This document shows positions 7,566 through 18,157 of a stretch of 37,165 bases of DNA, piece after piece. Below the pieces are notes generated by a model that was given only the letters and a program-made list of their open reading frames with translations, ran no database searches and was not told the DNA's origin. This DNA is from an uncultured Deferribacteres bacterium. GTDB lineage: Bacteria; Zhuqueibacterota; Zhuqueibacteria; Zhuqueibacterales; Geothermadaptataceae. Where the stretch lies: contig CAXHAT010000067.1 in assembly GCA_964014485.1 (NCBI GenBank), positions 1-37,165 of the forward strand, read 5' to 3'. Every line of letters starts with the position of its first letter. The stretch's first letter is position 1. The position numbers and the translations under genes were made by a program.

Positions 7566-9134
7566 ATGCATCGAGCGGCTTGGCGCACGACTACCTTTTT
7601 ATTATTCTCTTGCCTCTGGCTTTTTTCCTGCCAGTCGTCCGAGGAAGAACCGGCGTTTCCTGAGAAGCCTAACATTCTTTTTATTTTCAGCGATGATCAC
7701 GCCTTTCAGGCGGTTAGCGCGTACGGCGGGCGATTGGCGGAGTTGGCCCCGACCCCCAACATCGACCGCATTGCTAACGCGGGCATACGCTTTGACAAAT
7801 GTTACGTCACCAATTCCATTTGTGCGCCGTCGCGGGCGACTGTTTTGACCGGCAAGCACAGCCATCTCAACGGCGTACCGGATAACGGCGCACGCTTTGA
7901 CGGCGCGCAGCAAACTTTCCCCAAACTGCTGCGTCAAGCGGGCTACGAAACGGCCATCGTTGGAAAATGGCACCTCAAAACTGAACCGACCGGCTTCGAT
8001 TTTTGGGAAGTTCTGCCGGGGCAAGGGCATTACTACAATCCCGACTTCCGAACCACGGCGGGCATGATCACGGAAACAGGCTACGTCACTGATCTCATCA
8101 CAGACAAAGCGCTCGACTGGCTGAAAAACAAGCGCGACGGGCAAAAGCCGTTCATGCTCATGCTACAACACAAGGCGCCGCACCGCGAGTGGGAGCCGGG
8201 TCCCGATCATCTGGAGCTTTTCAATGACGTTGAATTCCCCGAGCCGGGCAATTTGTTCGACACGTACGAAGGACGCGGCACGGCGGCAAAAAAGCAGGAC
8301 ATGTCCATCGCGACAACGATGCGTATTCCGGAAGACTTGAAAATGTGGGGAGATGAAGACAATCGCCCAAGGCAGCGCACCTACGGCAGAATGAATGCGG
8401 CGCAGAAAAAGGCGTGGGACGACGCTTACGCGCCGGTCATCGAAGATTATCGCACGGCCAACCGCACCGGCGACGATCTGGTGAGCTGGAAATATCAGCG
8501 CTATTTGCAGGACTACCTGCGCTCGATTCGTTCCATCGACGACAACATTGGCCGCGTGCTCGATTATCTCGAACAATCCGGGCTGGCGAAAAATACGCTG
8601 GTGATTTACAACTCGGATCAGGGCTTTTATCTCGGCGAGCACGGCTGGTTTGACAAGCGGTTCATGTACGAAGAATCCTTCCGCACGCCGCTGGTGATGC
8701 AATGGCCGGGCGTGATCAAGCCCGGAACGGTCAATTCTGACCTCGTTTCAAATCTCGACTTCGCACAAACCTTTCTCGATCTCGCCGGAGCGACAGCGCC
8801 CGCCGATATGCAGGGGCTCAGCCTGAAGCCGCTTTTGGCCGGGAAAACGCCGGAAAATTGGCGCAGCAGCTTGTACTATCATTATTATGAATATCCCGCC
8901 GTTCACAGCGTTCGCCGCCACGAAGGCGTTGCCACCGAACGCTACAAGCTGATCAATTTCTACGATTTGGACGAATGGGAATTATTTGATTTGGAGAAAG
9001 ACCCCAGTGAGATGCAGAGCCGATATGATGATCCTGAGTATGCAAGTATTGTGGCTGGGCTGAAGGAAGAATTGGCGCAATTGCGTCAGCAGTATGATCT
9101 GCCGCCGCTGGAGCCTGATGAAAGTCGTAAGTAA
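7566..9134 (+). CDS. Cys-type formylglycine-dependent sulfatase (S1; N-acetylglucosamine-6-sulfatase-like), probable lipoprotein
   Basis: [49 protein letters not shown]. Lipobox-like LFSC. ATG 7566 follows a GGAGG RBS. Confidence 0.93.
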   Translation: MHRAAWRTTTFLLFSCLWLFSCQSSEEEPAFPEKPNILFIFSDDHAFQAVSAYGGRLAELAPTPNIDRIANAGIRFDKCYVTNSICAPSRATVLTGKHSHLNGVPDNGARFDGAQQTFPKLLRQAGYETAIVGKWHLKTEPTGFDFWEVLPGQGHYYNPDFRTTAGMITETGYVTDLITDKALDWLKNKRDGQKPFMLMLQHKAPHREWEPGPDHLELFNDVEFPEPGNLFDTYEGRGTAAKKQDMSIATTMRIPEDLKMWGDEDNRPRQRTYGRMNAAQKKAWDDAYAPVIEDYRTANRTGDDLVSWKYQRYLQDYLRSIRSIDDNIGRVLDYLEQSGLAKNTLVIYNSDQGFYLGEHGWFDKRFMYEESFRTPLVMQWPGVIKPGTVNSDLVSNLDFAQTFLDLAGATAPADMQGLSLKPLLAGKTPENWRSSLYYHYYEYPAVHSVRRHEGVATERYKLINFYDLDEWELFDLEKDPSEMQSRYDDPEYASIVAGLKEELAQLRQQYDLPPLEPDESRK

Positions 9135-9195
9135 GTAGTGTTTTTTTGACGGGATTACAGGATGGACTGGGTACCAGTTTATCGTGCAGAACCTC

Positions 9196-9223
9196 TGGAT
9201 TCCCGCCTGCGCGGGAATGACCT
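9196..9223. repeat. ATTCCC-N8-GGGAAT palindromic repeat (dRS3/RPE-like)
   Basis: GGATTCCCGCCTGCGCGGGAATGAC. The 13-mer GCGGGAATGACCT recurs at 45-57, and an inverted partial copy GTCATTCCCGCC lies at 4396-4407. Confidence 0.7.
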
Positions 9224-9304
9224 AAAAGCGATGCTTTTTTTGTTTTTGGGCAGCTGATACTTGTGACGGCGGAGGCCGTTGTCATGAGACAAAAAACAGG
9301 TTTT

Positions 9305-9697
9305 TCATTCCAATTCGTGATTATGCTGATGCTGTAATTTTCTGATTTTAATCGTATTGAACCCGTAATGGACAAGCAGCCCCGTTGCTGTCAACAACAA
9401 GAAAACGCCAAAAATGAGCACAAATTTTGGCAAATCCGCAAGCGGCGTCGCTTCTGTAAACGCCCCTAAAATTCCTGATAAAACAAAGCAGGCGGCGGAA
9501 ATATACAGCAACGCCGCCGACCGGGTCAGTCTGCCAAGCTGCTTTATTTTCAAATCGGAAATTTTGTGTTGAAAGGGCGAGCATTTTTCGGAAAGCAGGC
9601 CGCCAATTTCCGTACTGAGCGTCATCATTTGGCTCGTGGTGGAAAGAATAAGCATCCCGACGCCGGGTAAAATCGTTATTGGAACATACCAGTCCAT
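9305..9697 (-). CDS. DUF2721-like small membrane protein
   Basis: 130 aa with three hydrophobic segments and PGVGMLILST...ALLYISAACFVLS. Confidence 0.7.
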   Translation of the reverse strand: MDWYVPITILPGVGMLILSTTSQMMTLSTEIGGLLSEKCSPFQHKISDLKIKQLGRLTRSAALLYISAACFVLSGILGAFTEATPLADLPKFVLIFGVFLLLTATGLLVHYGFNTIKIRKLQHQHNHELE

Positions 9698-9737
9698 GAT
9701 TTATTCGTTGAAGTATTGCTGAAAATTCTTCTACGTC

Positions 9738-10214
9738 CTACCCTATTCTCTCGATTAACGCGACCGCCTGCGCCGCCACGCCTTCCCCTTTGCCAATAAA
9801 CCCCATCTTTTCAGAAGTCGTCGCTTTTACGGAAACGTCGTTGACGTGGACGCCGACGCAATCTGCGATATTTTTTCGCATTTGGTCGATTTCCGGCGCG
9901 ATTTTGGGTTTTTCCAGCACCACCACTGAATCGATGTTGACGATACGAAAGTGGTGTTTGGCGAGCAGTTGCGCAATTTCCTTCAGCAAAATCAGGCTGG
10001 AGATGTTGGCGTAGTTTGCGTTATTGTCCGGGAAATATTTGCCCAAATCTCCGAGCGCCGCTGCGCCTAAAAGTGCGTCGCCGACGGCATGCAGCAACAC
10101 GTCCGCGTCTGAATGGCCGCCGAGTCCGTACTCAAAATCCAATTGCACTCCGCCGATAATCATGGGGCGATTTTTGACCAGCGGGTGAACGTCGTATCCG
10201 ATTCCAACTCTCAT
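9738..10214 (-). CDS. ispF: 2-C-methyl-D-erythritol 2,4-cyclodiphosphate synthase
   Basis: MRVGIGYDVH, GHSDADVLLHA, VSVKATTSEKMGFIGKGEG. Confidence 0.97.
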   Translation of the reverse strand: MRVGIGYDVHPLVKNRPMIIGGVQLDFEYGLGGHSDADVLLHAVGDALLGAAALGDLGKYFPDNNANYANISSLILLKEIAQLLAKHHFRIVNIDSVVVLEKPKIAPEIDQMRKNIADCVGVHVNDVSVKATTSEKMGFIGKGEGVAAQAVALIERIG

Positions 10215-10903
10215 GATTCGTGCTGCTCCACTATCAGTTTCGCTATTTTCAGATCGAATTGTGTGGTGATTTTTATGTTTTCAAAGTCCCCGGCAATCCA
10301 GCGCGTCTTGCCGCCCATTTTTTCGATGATGTAAGCTTCGTCGGTGGCTTCGATGTTGTTTTCGTGTGCAAATTTAAACGCTTTTTGCAAAGCGTCTTTT
10401 TTGAAAGCTTGCGGCGTTTGCACTCTTTTCAGGATGGATCGATCCAAAGTTTTTGTAATGAACTCCCCTTCGACTTCTTTAATCGTATCGCTCAAAGAAA
10501 GGGCGGGAATGCATGCTTCAACGTCCCGGCAGCCGACGAGAACATCGTCAATAAGTTTGTAACTGGCGAACGGGCGTGCGCCGTCGTGCACAAGAACATA
10601 TTCAGCATCGCCGTCCAATTTTGCCAGACCCAACTCGACGGAATCCTGCCGGCGCCGTCCTCCTTCAACTACATGCGCGACTTTCGCAAAGTCATACTTT
10701 TCGACAATGTTGCGCTGAATATGAAAAAGCCAATCGACGGAACCCACAATCACAATGTTTTGGACATTTGTGTGGCGCTCGAAAGCTTCGAGCGCACGGG
10801 CGAGAATTGGCTTTTCATTTAGTGCGACAAATTGTTTGGGCTTGTCGCTGCCAAACCGCAGTCCTTTTCCGGCAGCGACAATGATCAGGTCCGCAGTCTG
10901 CAT
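10211..10903 (-). CDS. ispD: 2-C-methyl-D-erythritol 4-phosphate cytidylyltransferase
   Basis: AAGKGLRFG...PKQF, GGRRRQDSV, VLVHDGARPF, VQTPQAF, NIKITT. Start set at ATG 10903, just after the queA stop. Confidence 0.96.
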   Translation of the reverse strand: MQTADLIIVAAGKGLRFGSDKPKQFVALNEKPILARALEAFERHTNVQNIVIVGSVDWLFHIQRNIVEKYDFAKVAHVVEGGRRRQDSVELGLAKLDGDAEYVLVHDGARPFASYKLIDDVLVGCRDVEACIPALSLSDTIKEVEGEFITKTLDRSILKRVQTPQAFKKDALQKAFKFAHENNIEATDEAYIIEKMGGKTRWIAGDFENIKITTQFDLKIAKLIVEQHES

Positions 10904-10907
10904 CTCT

Positions 10908-11936
10908 CTACAAAACAAACATGCTGTCGCCGTAGCTATAGAAGCGATACTTGTTTTTGACTGCCCTTTCATAGCATTCAAAAACGAAATCGCGGTCAGC
11001 AAAGGCTGAAACGAGCATGAGCAGCGTTGAAGCCGGGAGATGAAAGTTGGTGATCAGGCGATCCACGATTTTAAATTCGTACGGCGGGAAGATGAACTTA
11101 TCCGTCCAGCCGCGATCGGCCTTCACCCAGCCTTCGGAAGTCACTTGCGTTTCCAGCGCGCGTACCGTACTCGTTCCGACGGCAATGACTTTACCCCCGC
11201 TCTTCATCGTATCGTTGATCGTGTCCGCGCTTTCTTGCGAAATTTCGTAGAATTCGCTGTCCATTTTGTGGCGGCTCAAGTCTTCCACAACAACCGGGCG
11301 GAAACTGCCGAGACCGAGGTGAAGCACAACGGGGACAACGCGCACGCCTTTCTTTTTGAGCTTGTTGATGATTTCTTCGGTAAAATGCAAACCTGCCGTC
11401 GGCGCAGCAACGGCGCCGCGCTCTTTGGCGTAAACCGTCTGATAACGCTCTTTGTCGGACGGCTCCGGCTCGCGCTTGACGTACGGGGGCAGCGGCGATT
11501 GGCCGATACGATCGACAATTTCAAAAAAGTCGCCTTCAAAATTGAATCGTACGACGCGGCCGCCGGAAACTGTGTTGTCGATCACGTCACAAGCCAATTC
11601 GTCGCCGATTGTCAGGCGGTTGCCGACGCGAACTTTTCTGGCCGGCTTGACGAGGACTTCCCACAGCCCGCCTTCCAATTGCCGTAAAAGAAAAATTTCA
11701 ACTTCAGCGTCCGTCTTGTCTTTGGTGCCCATCAAACGCGCCGGAAATACGCGCGTTTCATTCACCACAAGACAGTCTTCCGGCTGTATATAATCAACGA
11801 CGTCCTTAAACTTTTTTTCTTCGACGGACTTCGTCTCTCTATTCAAAACCATCAATCGCGATTCGTCGCGGTTTTCCGCGGGGTACTGCGCGATCAGGTC
11901 TTCTGGCAGAGCATACTTGAAACTTGATAATTTCAT
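10908..11936 (-). CDS. queA: S-adenosylmethionine:tRNA ribosyltransferase-isomerase
   Basis: LPEDLIAQYP, RYQTVYA, GAVAAPTAGLHFT, VGTSTVRALE, TNFHLP, YRFYSYGD. Start at ATG 11936 (MKLSSF). Confidence 0.97.
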   Translation of the reverse strand: MKLSSFKYALPEDLIAQYPAENRDESRLMVLNRETKSVEEKKFKDVVDYIQPEDCLVVNETRVFPARLMGTKDKTDAEVEIFLLRQLEGGLWEVLVKPARKVRVGNRLTIGDELACDVIDNTVSGGRVVRFNFEGDFFEIVDRIGQSPLPPYVKREPEPSDKERYQTVYAKERGAVAAPTAGLHFTEEIINKLKKKGVRVVPVVLHLGLGSFRPVVVEDLSRHKMDSEFYEISQESADTINDTMKSGGKVIAVGTSTVRALETQVTSEGWVKADRGWTDKFIFPPYEFKIVDRLITNFHLPASTLLMLVSAFADRDFVFECYERAVKNKYRFYSYGDSMFVL

Positions 11937-12011
11937 TTTTTTGCCTCGATGTTTCATATGCAAATCGTGGAACTCGTTAACGATCTCGGTAGATCGCAAT
12001 CAACAGAGCAA

Positions 12012-13046
12012 TTAATTAAAAAGGTCGCGTTGCGTACGCGAATGAGCAACCGCGGAAATTCCGAGGTGCTGATAAGTAAAACTTGTGGCCATACGGCCTC
12101 TTGGCGTGCGTTTCAATAATCCTTCTTGAATCAAGTAGGGTTCATAAATCTCTTCCAACGTTTCTCCTTGCTCTCCAACGGCAACAGCCAACGTGCTCAA
12201 ACCGACCGGCCCGCCATTGAATTTTTCGATGAGCGTCTTGAGTATCCGCTTGTCCATATCGTCCAAACCCAGTGAATCAACGTCCAGTCGCTCAAGGCTT
12301 TTGACGGCAAGCTCGCCGGAAATCTCTTCTTCGCCGGCGATTTGCGCAAAATCACGAACCCGTCGCAGCAAGCGGTTTGCAATTCTCGGAGTGCCGCGAG
12401 AGCGTCTGGCAATTTCCCGTGAAGAATCGTGCGTCATTTTGACTCCGAGCAAGTCAGCCGAGCGCTCGATGATAAGCTGCAGCTCGTCGATTTTGTAGTA
12501 ATCGAGCCGAGAGACAACGCCGAATCTTGCTCTCAGCGGCGGCGTCAACAATCCGGCGCGCGTCGTTGCGCCGACCAAAGTAAAATGAGGCAGACTCAGT
12601 TGAATCGTCCGTGCGTTGGCGCCTTTGTCTATGATAATATCCAGCATGAAGTCTTCCATCGCCGGATAAAGATATTCCTCAATGACTTTGCTAAGGCGAT
12701 GGATTTCGTCGATAAAAAGAACGTCTTTGTCGCCCAGGTTCGTTAGCAATCCAGCCAGATCGCCGGGCTTTTCCAAAGCCGGGCCTGAAGTTACGCGAAT
12801 TGTTGATCCCATTTCCTGGGAAATGATGTGCGCCAATGTTGTTTTGCCCAAGCCCGGCGGGCCGTAGAACAAAACGTGATCAAGACCTTCTCCGCGCGCC
12901 TGAGCGGCCTGGATAAAAACGCTCAAATTGCTTTTCAGCTTGTCCTGACCGATAAAATCGTCAAACGCGGACGGACGGAGCGCACGATCAAACTCTCGCT
13001 CATCCAAAGCTGCGCTGGGATCTGTGACTGGGTTGTGCTCGGTCAT
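12012..13046 (-). CDS. ruvB: Holliday junction branch migration helicase RuvB
   Basis: [50 protein letters not shown]. Confidence 0.98.
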   Translation of the reverse strand: MTEHNPVTDPSAALDEREFDRALRPSAFDDFIGQDKLKSNLSVFIQAAQARGEGLDHVLFYGPPGLGKTTLAHIISQEMGSTIRVTSGPALEKPGDLAGLLTNLGDKDVLFIDEIHRLSKVIEEYLYPAMEDFMLDIIIDKGANARTIQLSLPHFTLVGATTRAGLLTPPLRARFGVVSRLDYYKIDELQLIIERSADLLGVKMTHDSSREIARRSRGTPRIANRLLRRVRDFAQIAGEEEISGELAVKSLERLDVDSLGLDDMDKRILKTLIEKFNGGPVGLSTLAVAVGEQGETLEEIYEPYLIQEGLLKRTPRGRMATSFTYQHLGISAVAHSRTQRDLFN

Positions 13047-13047
13047 T

Positions 13048-13638
13048 TTAAAGTCGTTGCAAAGCTTCGCGAATCAGAGTTTCTACATTTGCATCCGGTT
13101 GCGCACCGGTCAATCGTCCCATGATCTTCTCAACAGCAACACGGTTATAACCCAGCGAAAGCAACGCCAGCTTCGCTTCTTCCGATGCTGAAGTCTGGAC
13201 CGTCAAACTCGGCATTGCGGCGTTATCGCCGCTTGGCCCGCCTAACTTATCTTTCAATTCAAGGATCAAGCGCTCCGCCGTCTTTTTCCCAATTCCCGGA
13301 AGCGCTTTTAGACGCGCTATGTCGTTGCTCACGATACTGTTGCGAAACTCACTCGGCGTCGCACTGCTGAGTATGCCAATCGCGACTTTCGGCCCAACGC
13401 CGGATACCGCGATAAGCTTAAGAAATAACTCCTTTTCTTCGGCTGTGCGAAAACCGTAGAGCTGCAGGAGGTCTTCCCGGACATAAAGATAAGTCAACAA
13501 AGTGACTTGCTCTTTAGCGCCTGATAAGGCCTGATATGTCGAAACCGGTATCGCTACGTCGTAACCAACGCCTTGTACGTCTAAAATAACGCGCGTCGGC
13601 TGTTTTTCAAGCAAGCGTCCGGTGAGTCGCCCAATCAT
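13048..13638 (-). CDS. ruvA: Holliday junction branch migration protein RuvA
   Basis: [49 protein letters not shown]. Confidence 0.97.
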   Translation of the reverse strand: MIGRLTGRLLEKQPTRVILDVQGVGYDVAIPVSTYQALSGAKEQVTLLTYLYVREDLLQLYGFRTAEEKELFLKLIAVSGVGPKVAIGILSSATPSEFRNSIVSNDIARLKALPGIGKKTAERLILELKDKLGGPSGDNAAMPSLTVQTSASEEAKLALLSLGYNRVAVEKIMGRLTGAQPDANVETLIREALQRL

Positions 13639-13641
13639 AAT

Positions 13642-14145
13642 TTACAACAAAAACTTGTTTCGGTTTTGGTGGCAAAGCCCGACGGCGATGGCGTCGGCAA
13701 CATCGTTCGGCGTCGGCAGTTTGCCCAATCCAAGAATCGCCTGAACCATGCGCTGCACCTGCTCCTTGGAAGCGTTGCCGTTCCCTGTGACCGCACTTTT
13801 GATTTCCTTGGGCGTATATTCCTGAATGTCGATTTCTTTTAGAGCCGCAGCCAAGAGAAACATGCCGCGCGCATGCCCAAGTTTCAGCGCGATTTGTGCG
13901 TTCTTAGCATAAATCGCTTTCTCGATTGCGACTGTATCGGGAGTGAACTCTTGCAAGATTTGACAAAAGGATGTGTAGATTTTAGCCAAGCGCGCCGGGA
14001 ACGCTTGTTTTGTATCCGTCGTAATAACGCCTTTCTCCATGAGCCGCACTTGTTGCGAACGGCAATCGATCACCGCCCAACCCGTCCGATGTAAGCCGGG
14101 ATCGACGCCGAGTATTATTGCAGCGCTTTGATTATGCGTCGTCAA
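13642..14145 (-). CDS. ruvC: Crossover junction endodeoxyribonuclease RuvC
   Basis: ILGVDPG, VAIEK, LGHARG, GNGNASKEQV, DVADAIAVG. Exact start uncertain (TTG overlapping the yebC end). Confidence 0.95.
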   Translation of the reverse strand: MTTHNQSAAIILGVDPGLHRTGWAVIDCRSQQVRLMEKGVITTDTKQAFPARLAKIYTSFCQILQEFTPDTVAIEKAIYAKNAQIALKLGHARGMFLLAAALKEIDIQEYTPKEIKSAVTGNGNASKEQVQRMVQAILGLGKLPTPNDVADAIAVGLCHQNRNKFLL

Positions 14146-14875
14146 AAACCGATTCGTCTATGTCAAAATTTGAAAATACGTTCTGCACGTCGTCGTGCTC
14201 TTCCAACACTTCCATGAGCTTCAGCACGGACTCAACGTTTGCGCCGTCAACTTCGACGGTGTTTTTGGGAGTCATCGCGAGCTCAGCAGATTCAACGGCG
14301 ACGCCTAAACTTTCCAGATTGTTTTTTACCGTGTACAAATCCTCAGGAGCGCACGTAATCGTCGCTGCGTCGCCGTCGACTTCAATATCTTCCGCTCCAG
14401 ACTCCAGAACGATTTCCATCAAATCGTCTTCAGACCTGCCGCCGGTTTCAAGCGTGATTTCACCCTTACGTTCGAACATCCAGGCGACGGAACCGGATTC
14501 GCCTAAATTGCCTTTGTTTTTCGAAAGCAGGTGCCGAATTTCCGCAACGGTTCTGTTTTTATTGTCGGTCAAACATTCTATTAAAAGCGCCGAACCGCCG
14601 GGGCCATAGGCTTCATAAGTCATTTCTTCGTAAGCGACTCCGGGCAATTCGCCGGTGCCCTTTTTTATTGCGCGCTCAATATTGTTGAGCGGCATGTTCG
14701 CCCCTTTTGCCGTCGCTATCGCCGTTCTTAGTCGCGGATTTGCCGCTTCATCTCCGCCCCCGGCACGGGCGGCTACAGTAATTTCTTTTATTAATCGCGT
14801 AAAAACCTTGCCGCGTTGAGCATCGGTCTTCGCTTTTTTGTGCTTTATCTGCTTCCACTTGGAATGTCCTGCCAT
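14132..14875 (-). CDS. yebC: YebC/PmpR family protein
   Basis: MAGHSKWKQIKHKK, NPRLR, YEAYGPGG, TDNKNRT, DDVQNVFSN. A GGAGG RBS precedes ATG 14875. Confidence 0.97.
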   Translation of the reverse strand: MAGHSKWKQIKHKKAKTDAQRGKVFTRLIKEITVAARAGGGDEAANPRLRTAIATAKGANMPLNNIERAIKKGTGELPGVAYEEMTYEAYGPGGSALLIECLTDNKNRTVAEIRHLLSKNKGNLGESGSVAWMFERKGEITLETGGRSEDDLMEIVLESGAEDIEVDGDAATITCAPEDLYTVKNNLESLGVAVESAELAMTPKNTVEVDGANVESVLKLMEVLEEHDDVQNVFSNFDIDESVFDDA

Positions 14876-14901
14876 GCTTGCGCCTCCATAAAAAAAGATT
14901 G

Positions 14902-14932
14902 CAAATTTAATACAAAAACGTTCATTTTCCAA
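14902..14932 (-). promoter_or_regulatory. Putative promoter of the yebC-ruvCAB-queA-ispDF operon
   Basis: Minus strand reads TTGGAA, 17 nt, TAAATT(TG), about 27 nt upstream of the yebC ATG. Confidence 0.45.
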
Positions 14933-15127
14933 GCGAAATTTCGAAAATCACATTATGGAAGCTCTTATTTTTATAAGACTAATGCGCGATAACACGTAAC
15001 CAAACCGCATCAAACGTCAAAATTCTGAAGCAACCGACTGCAAATCAAATTTCGGCGCAATAGTATTGGGCTGGCCAAATTACACGCTTATTTTCAGAAA
15101 ACATCCATTCTCAATTCAGGCCGAAAC

Positions 15128-16066
15128 GTGAAGATTACGGGAACTTTCATCGATGAAATCAGCCACGACATTCCTCATCAAAATTGGGGTGAAAAAGAGT
15201 GGGACGCTGATTTTTCCGCCATGCAATCCGTCGGTATTGATACGGTCATACTCATTCGTTGCGGCTATCAGCGCTGGATGACGTTCCCTTCCGAAATTCT
15301 CAGCATTCAAGAAAATTGCTTTCTTCCGCAGCTCGACCTGGTCGATCTCTTCCTCAACCTGGCGGAGAAGTATGGCATGGCTTTTTTCTTTGGGACTTAC
15401 GATTCGGGGAAATACTGGAAGGGAAGTGAATTCCAAAAGGAGATCGATCTCAACCTGGCCGTAACAGAAGAAGTTTGGCGCCGCTATGGCCATCATCCAG
15501 CGTTTAAAGGATGGTATTTGTCGCAAGAAGTCAGTCGGCGCACTCAAGGCATTGCGGAAACCTACGCACGGCTTGGCATGCACTGCAAGGCGCTCTCGAA
15601 CGATCTGCCAGTGCTCATTTCGCCCTGGATCGACGGCGTGAAATCCGTCGAAGCCTACAGTCCGCATTTGCAAAAAAGATTCGGGATTTCTCTTGAGCAA
15701 CACAGACGCGAGTGGGGAGAAATTATGGAGAGCATGAAAGATGGCGTAGACATTGTCGCCTTTCAAGACGGACACGTCGACTGGGCGGAATTGCCCGATT
15801 TTCTCGCGGGAAACAAAGCGCTGGCTGATGAGCACGGCTTGATTTCCTGGACAAACTCGGAATCTTTCGACCGCGACATGCCAATCAAATTCCTCCCAAT
15901 CAAGTGGGAAAAATTACTTCATAAATTGAAAGCGGCCGAGCAAGTTGGCATGAAAAAAGCGATCACTTTTGAATTCTCACATTTCATGAGCCCCAATTCC
16001 AGTTATCCGCAAGCGCGGCATCTATTTAATCGCTATTGCGAATATTTTGGTCAAGGCTTCGATTGA
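15128..16066 (+). CDS. DUF4434/DUF5109 domain protein (putative glycoside-hydrolase-like TIM barrel)
   Basis: ITGTFIDEISHDIPHQNWG, GWYLSQE, AFQDG, WTNSESFDRDMPIKFLPI, FEFSHFMSP. GTG start. Confidence 0.85.
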   Translation: MKITGTFIDEISHDIPHQNWGEKEWDADFSAMQSVGIDTVILIRCGYQRWMTFPSEILSIQENCFLPQLDLVDLFLNLAEKYGMAFFFGTYDSGKYWKGSEFQKEIDLNLAVTEEVWRRYGHHPAFKGWYLSQEVSRRTQGIAETYARLGMHCKALSNDLPVLISPWIDGVKSVEAYSPHLQKRFGISLEQHRREWGEIMESMKDGVDIVAFQDGHVDWAELPDFLAGNKALADEHGLISWTNSESFDRDMPIKFLPIKWEKLLHKLKAAEQVGMKKAITFEFSHFMSPNSSYPQARHLFNRYCEYFGQGFD

Positions 16067-16189
16067 CCGCTCGGCAGCCTTCAACAAACATCGCCCTCAT
16101 TGCGGTCGCCTAAATTACAACGCAAAATTGTCGAACGCGGTCTATCATTTCTGTAAACTTTTAACGCCTTGCGATTTTTGGGAGAAAAC

Positions 16190-17212
16190 ATGGCCGCTCA
16201 AACAACAACATTCCAGCTAATTTCAAAAGCTTTCCTTTATTTGTTCCTGTCTGTCGCAGCAATTTTTACTGCTTGTAACCCTCAAGACAACCAACCAAAG
16301 ATTCCCGCTTTTGACAAGGATGAATTTGCCGTCGGAACGCCGCCGCCGCTGGCCTCGCATGTGATGGCTTACCACACTGAACTGAAAATGGTCGTCATGT
16401 TCGGCGGCTCTGATCCAGACCGCGCCCTGCAAAACACGCTCTGGGGATGGGACGGCGAAAACTGGCGTATCTTGTCCCAAAACGGCCCGGAGCCAAGACT
16501 GCACACCGGCTTGGCTTTTGACGAACAAAGAAACCGACTCATTGTCTACGGCGGTATAAAAAGCCGGGAAGAAAGTTTTAGCGATACATGGGAATGGGAC
16601 GGCGAATCGTGGACGCAAAAGGCTATCGATGCTGTCAATCCCGGAATTCGAGACCATCACGCGACGGCTTATGACGCTGCTTCAAAAAAAGTGGTGCTTT
16701 TCGGGGGACAAAACGAGAATGATGAATTCGTCCCGGAAACCTGGACGTGGGACGGCGACACGTGGATGGAGGTCGCCAAAAGCGGCCCGGAACCGCGCAG
16801 CACGCATCGACTCGTTTATGATCACTCCCGGAGAAAAGTCGTGCTCTACGGCGGCTGGGGCAAAGAAAATTTGCTCGGCGATTTTTGGGAGTGGGACGGG
16901 CGTCAATGGCACGAAATTGAAGGCGAACATCCGACGGCGCGAGGCGCTTTAAGAATTGCTTATTTTCAAGAAAAAAAACAACTCATCGTTTTCGGCGGCA
17001 TGATTGACCGCCAATCAAGCGACGAAACGTGGGTTCGCGCAGATAATGTCTGGCGCAAACTTTCCGCTGAAAGCCCGTCCGCAAGAAACGTGCACGGCAT
17101 GGCTTATGACGCCGCAAGAAAACGTGTCGTGTTGTACGGCGGAATTGGCGCTGACGGTCGAATGGGCGATACTTGGGAATGGGACGGCGAGAAATGGCAT
17201 TTCATCAAATAA
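16190..17212 (+). CDS. Kelch-repeat beta-propeller lipoprotein
   Basis: Six repeats of (AY)D-x4-VVL(F/Y)GG...(D/E)TWxWDGxxW. Lipobox-like FTAC. ATG 16190 follows GGAG. Confidence 0.85.
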   Translation: MAAQTTTFQLISKAFLYLFLSVAAIFTACNPQDNQPKIPAFDKDEFAVGTPPPLASHVMAYHTELKMVVMFGGSDPDRALQNTLWGWDGENWRILSQNGPEPRLHTGLAFDEQRNRLIVYGGIKSREESFSDTWEWDGESWTQKAIDAVNPGIRDHHATAYDAASKKVVLFGGQNENDEFVPETWTWDGDTWMEVAKSGPEPRSTHRLVYDHSRRKVVLYGGWGKENLLGDFWEWDGRQWHEIEGEHPTARGALRIAYFQEKKQLIVFGGMIDRQSSDETWVRADNVWRKLSAESPSARNVHGMAYDAARKRVVLYGGIGADGRMGDTWEWDGEKWHFIK

Positions 17213-17386
17213 TAAACGGAGTGCAAGGCTTGCCTTGCGATACCGTCGCGGATTTTTTCAAAACTTATTTTCAAACTTTCCACTTCAGCTATGTTTTCTT
17301 GCAAAATAGAATTCAAGGCAAAGCAAGCTTTGCACTCCTTTTCCCGGCCGTGCTTTGATGCGGTTTAATCTCATGAAATAGATCGT

Positions 17387-18154
17387 ATGAAATTTGATTT
17401 CACCGAAAAAAACGTCATTGTGACCGGAGCAGCTCATGGGTTTGGTCGAGCCATCGCCTGCGCCTTTGCCGAGCGCGGCGCTCACGTTTGGGCTTGTGAT
17501 ATTTTGAGCGATGAGCTGACCGAAACCCAAAAGCTTTGCGAGCAGAACGACGGCGCCTACCATGCGCGCATTGTAGACGTTCGAGACCGAGACGCCATTT
17601 TTTCCTTTGTTCAAGAAGCTGCAGGCGAACGCGGCGCCGCGGATATTCTGGTGAATAATGCGGGAGGCGTTTTGGGGCAAGTTGGGCGGCCGTTGGAAGA
17701 AATTTCCGAGTCGGACTGGCTGGATATTTTCGCCGTCAACAATTCAGCGGCATTCTATTTTGCACAAGCCGTTGCGCCGGGCATGAAAAGAGCGCGCCAT
17801 GGGCGGATCGTCAATATTTCTAGCGGCGCGGGATTGGGCGTCAGTCTCACGGGCATTCAAGCATATGCTTCAGCGAAAGCAGCACAAATCGGATTAACGC
17901 GACAGCTTGCCCATGAACTCGGGCCATGGCGAATTACGGTCAACAATATCGCGCCGGGCTTTGTGCGCTCCAATCCTTCGACGGAAAAGCAATGGCAATC
18001 TTACGGCGAAGCGGGTCAAAAAGCGCTGTTAGAGAAAATCGCCTTGAAGCGGCTTGGAACGCCGCAAGATATTGCCAACGGCGTTCTGTTTTTCGCTTCA
18101 GATTTTGCGGGTTGGATCACCGGTCAAACTCTTTCGATCGACGGCGGCAAGTAG
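17387..18154 (+). CDS. SDR family NAD(P)-dependent oxidoreductase
   Basis: TGAAHGFG, NNAG, catalytic YASAK, APG, GQTLSIDGG. Confidence 0.93.
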   Translation: MKFDFTEKNVIVTGAAHGFGRAIACAFAERGAHVWACDILSDELTETQKLCEQNDGAYHARIVDVRDRDAIFSFVQEAAGERGAADILVNNAGGVLGQVGRPLEEISESDWLDIFAVNNSAAFYFAQAVAPGMKRARHGRIVNISSGAGLGVSLTGIQAYASAKAAQIGLTRQLAHELGPWRITVNNIAPGFVRSNPSTEKQWQSYGEAGQKALLEKIALKRLGTPQDIANGVLFFASDFAGWITGQTLSIDGGK

Positions 18155-18157
18155 AAA

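Noticed and set aside
17104..17316. Short minus-strand ORF faintly resembling a MoxR ATPase N-terminus (EVESLKISFEKIRDGIARQ)
   Set aside because: Only about 25 residues of weak resemblance, no Walker motif, and it overlaps the Kelch gene antisense.
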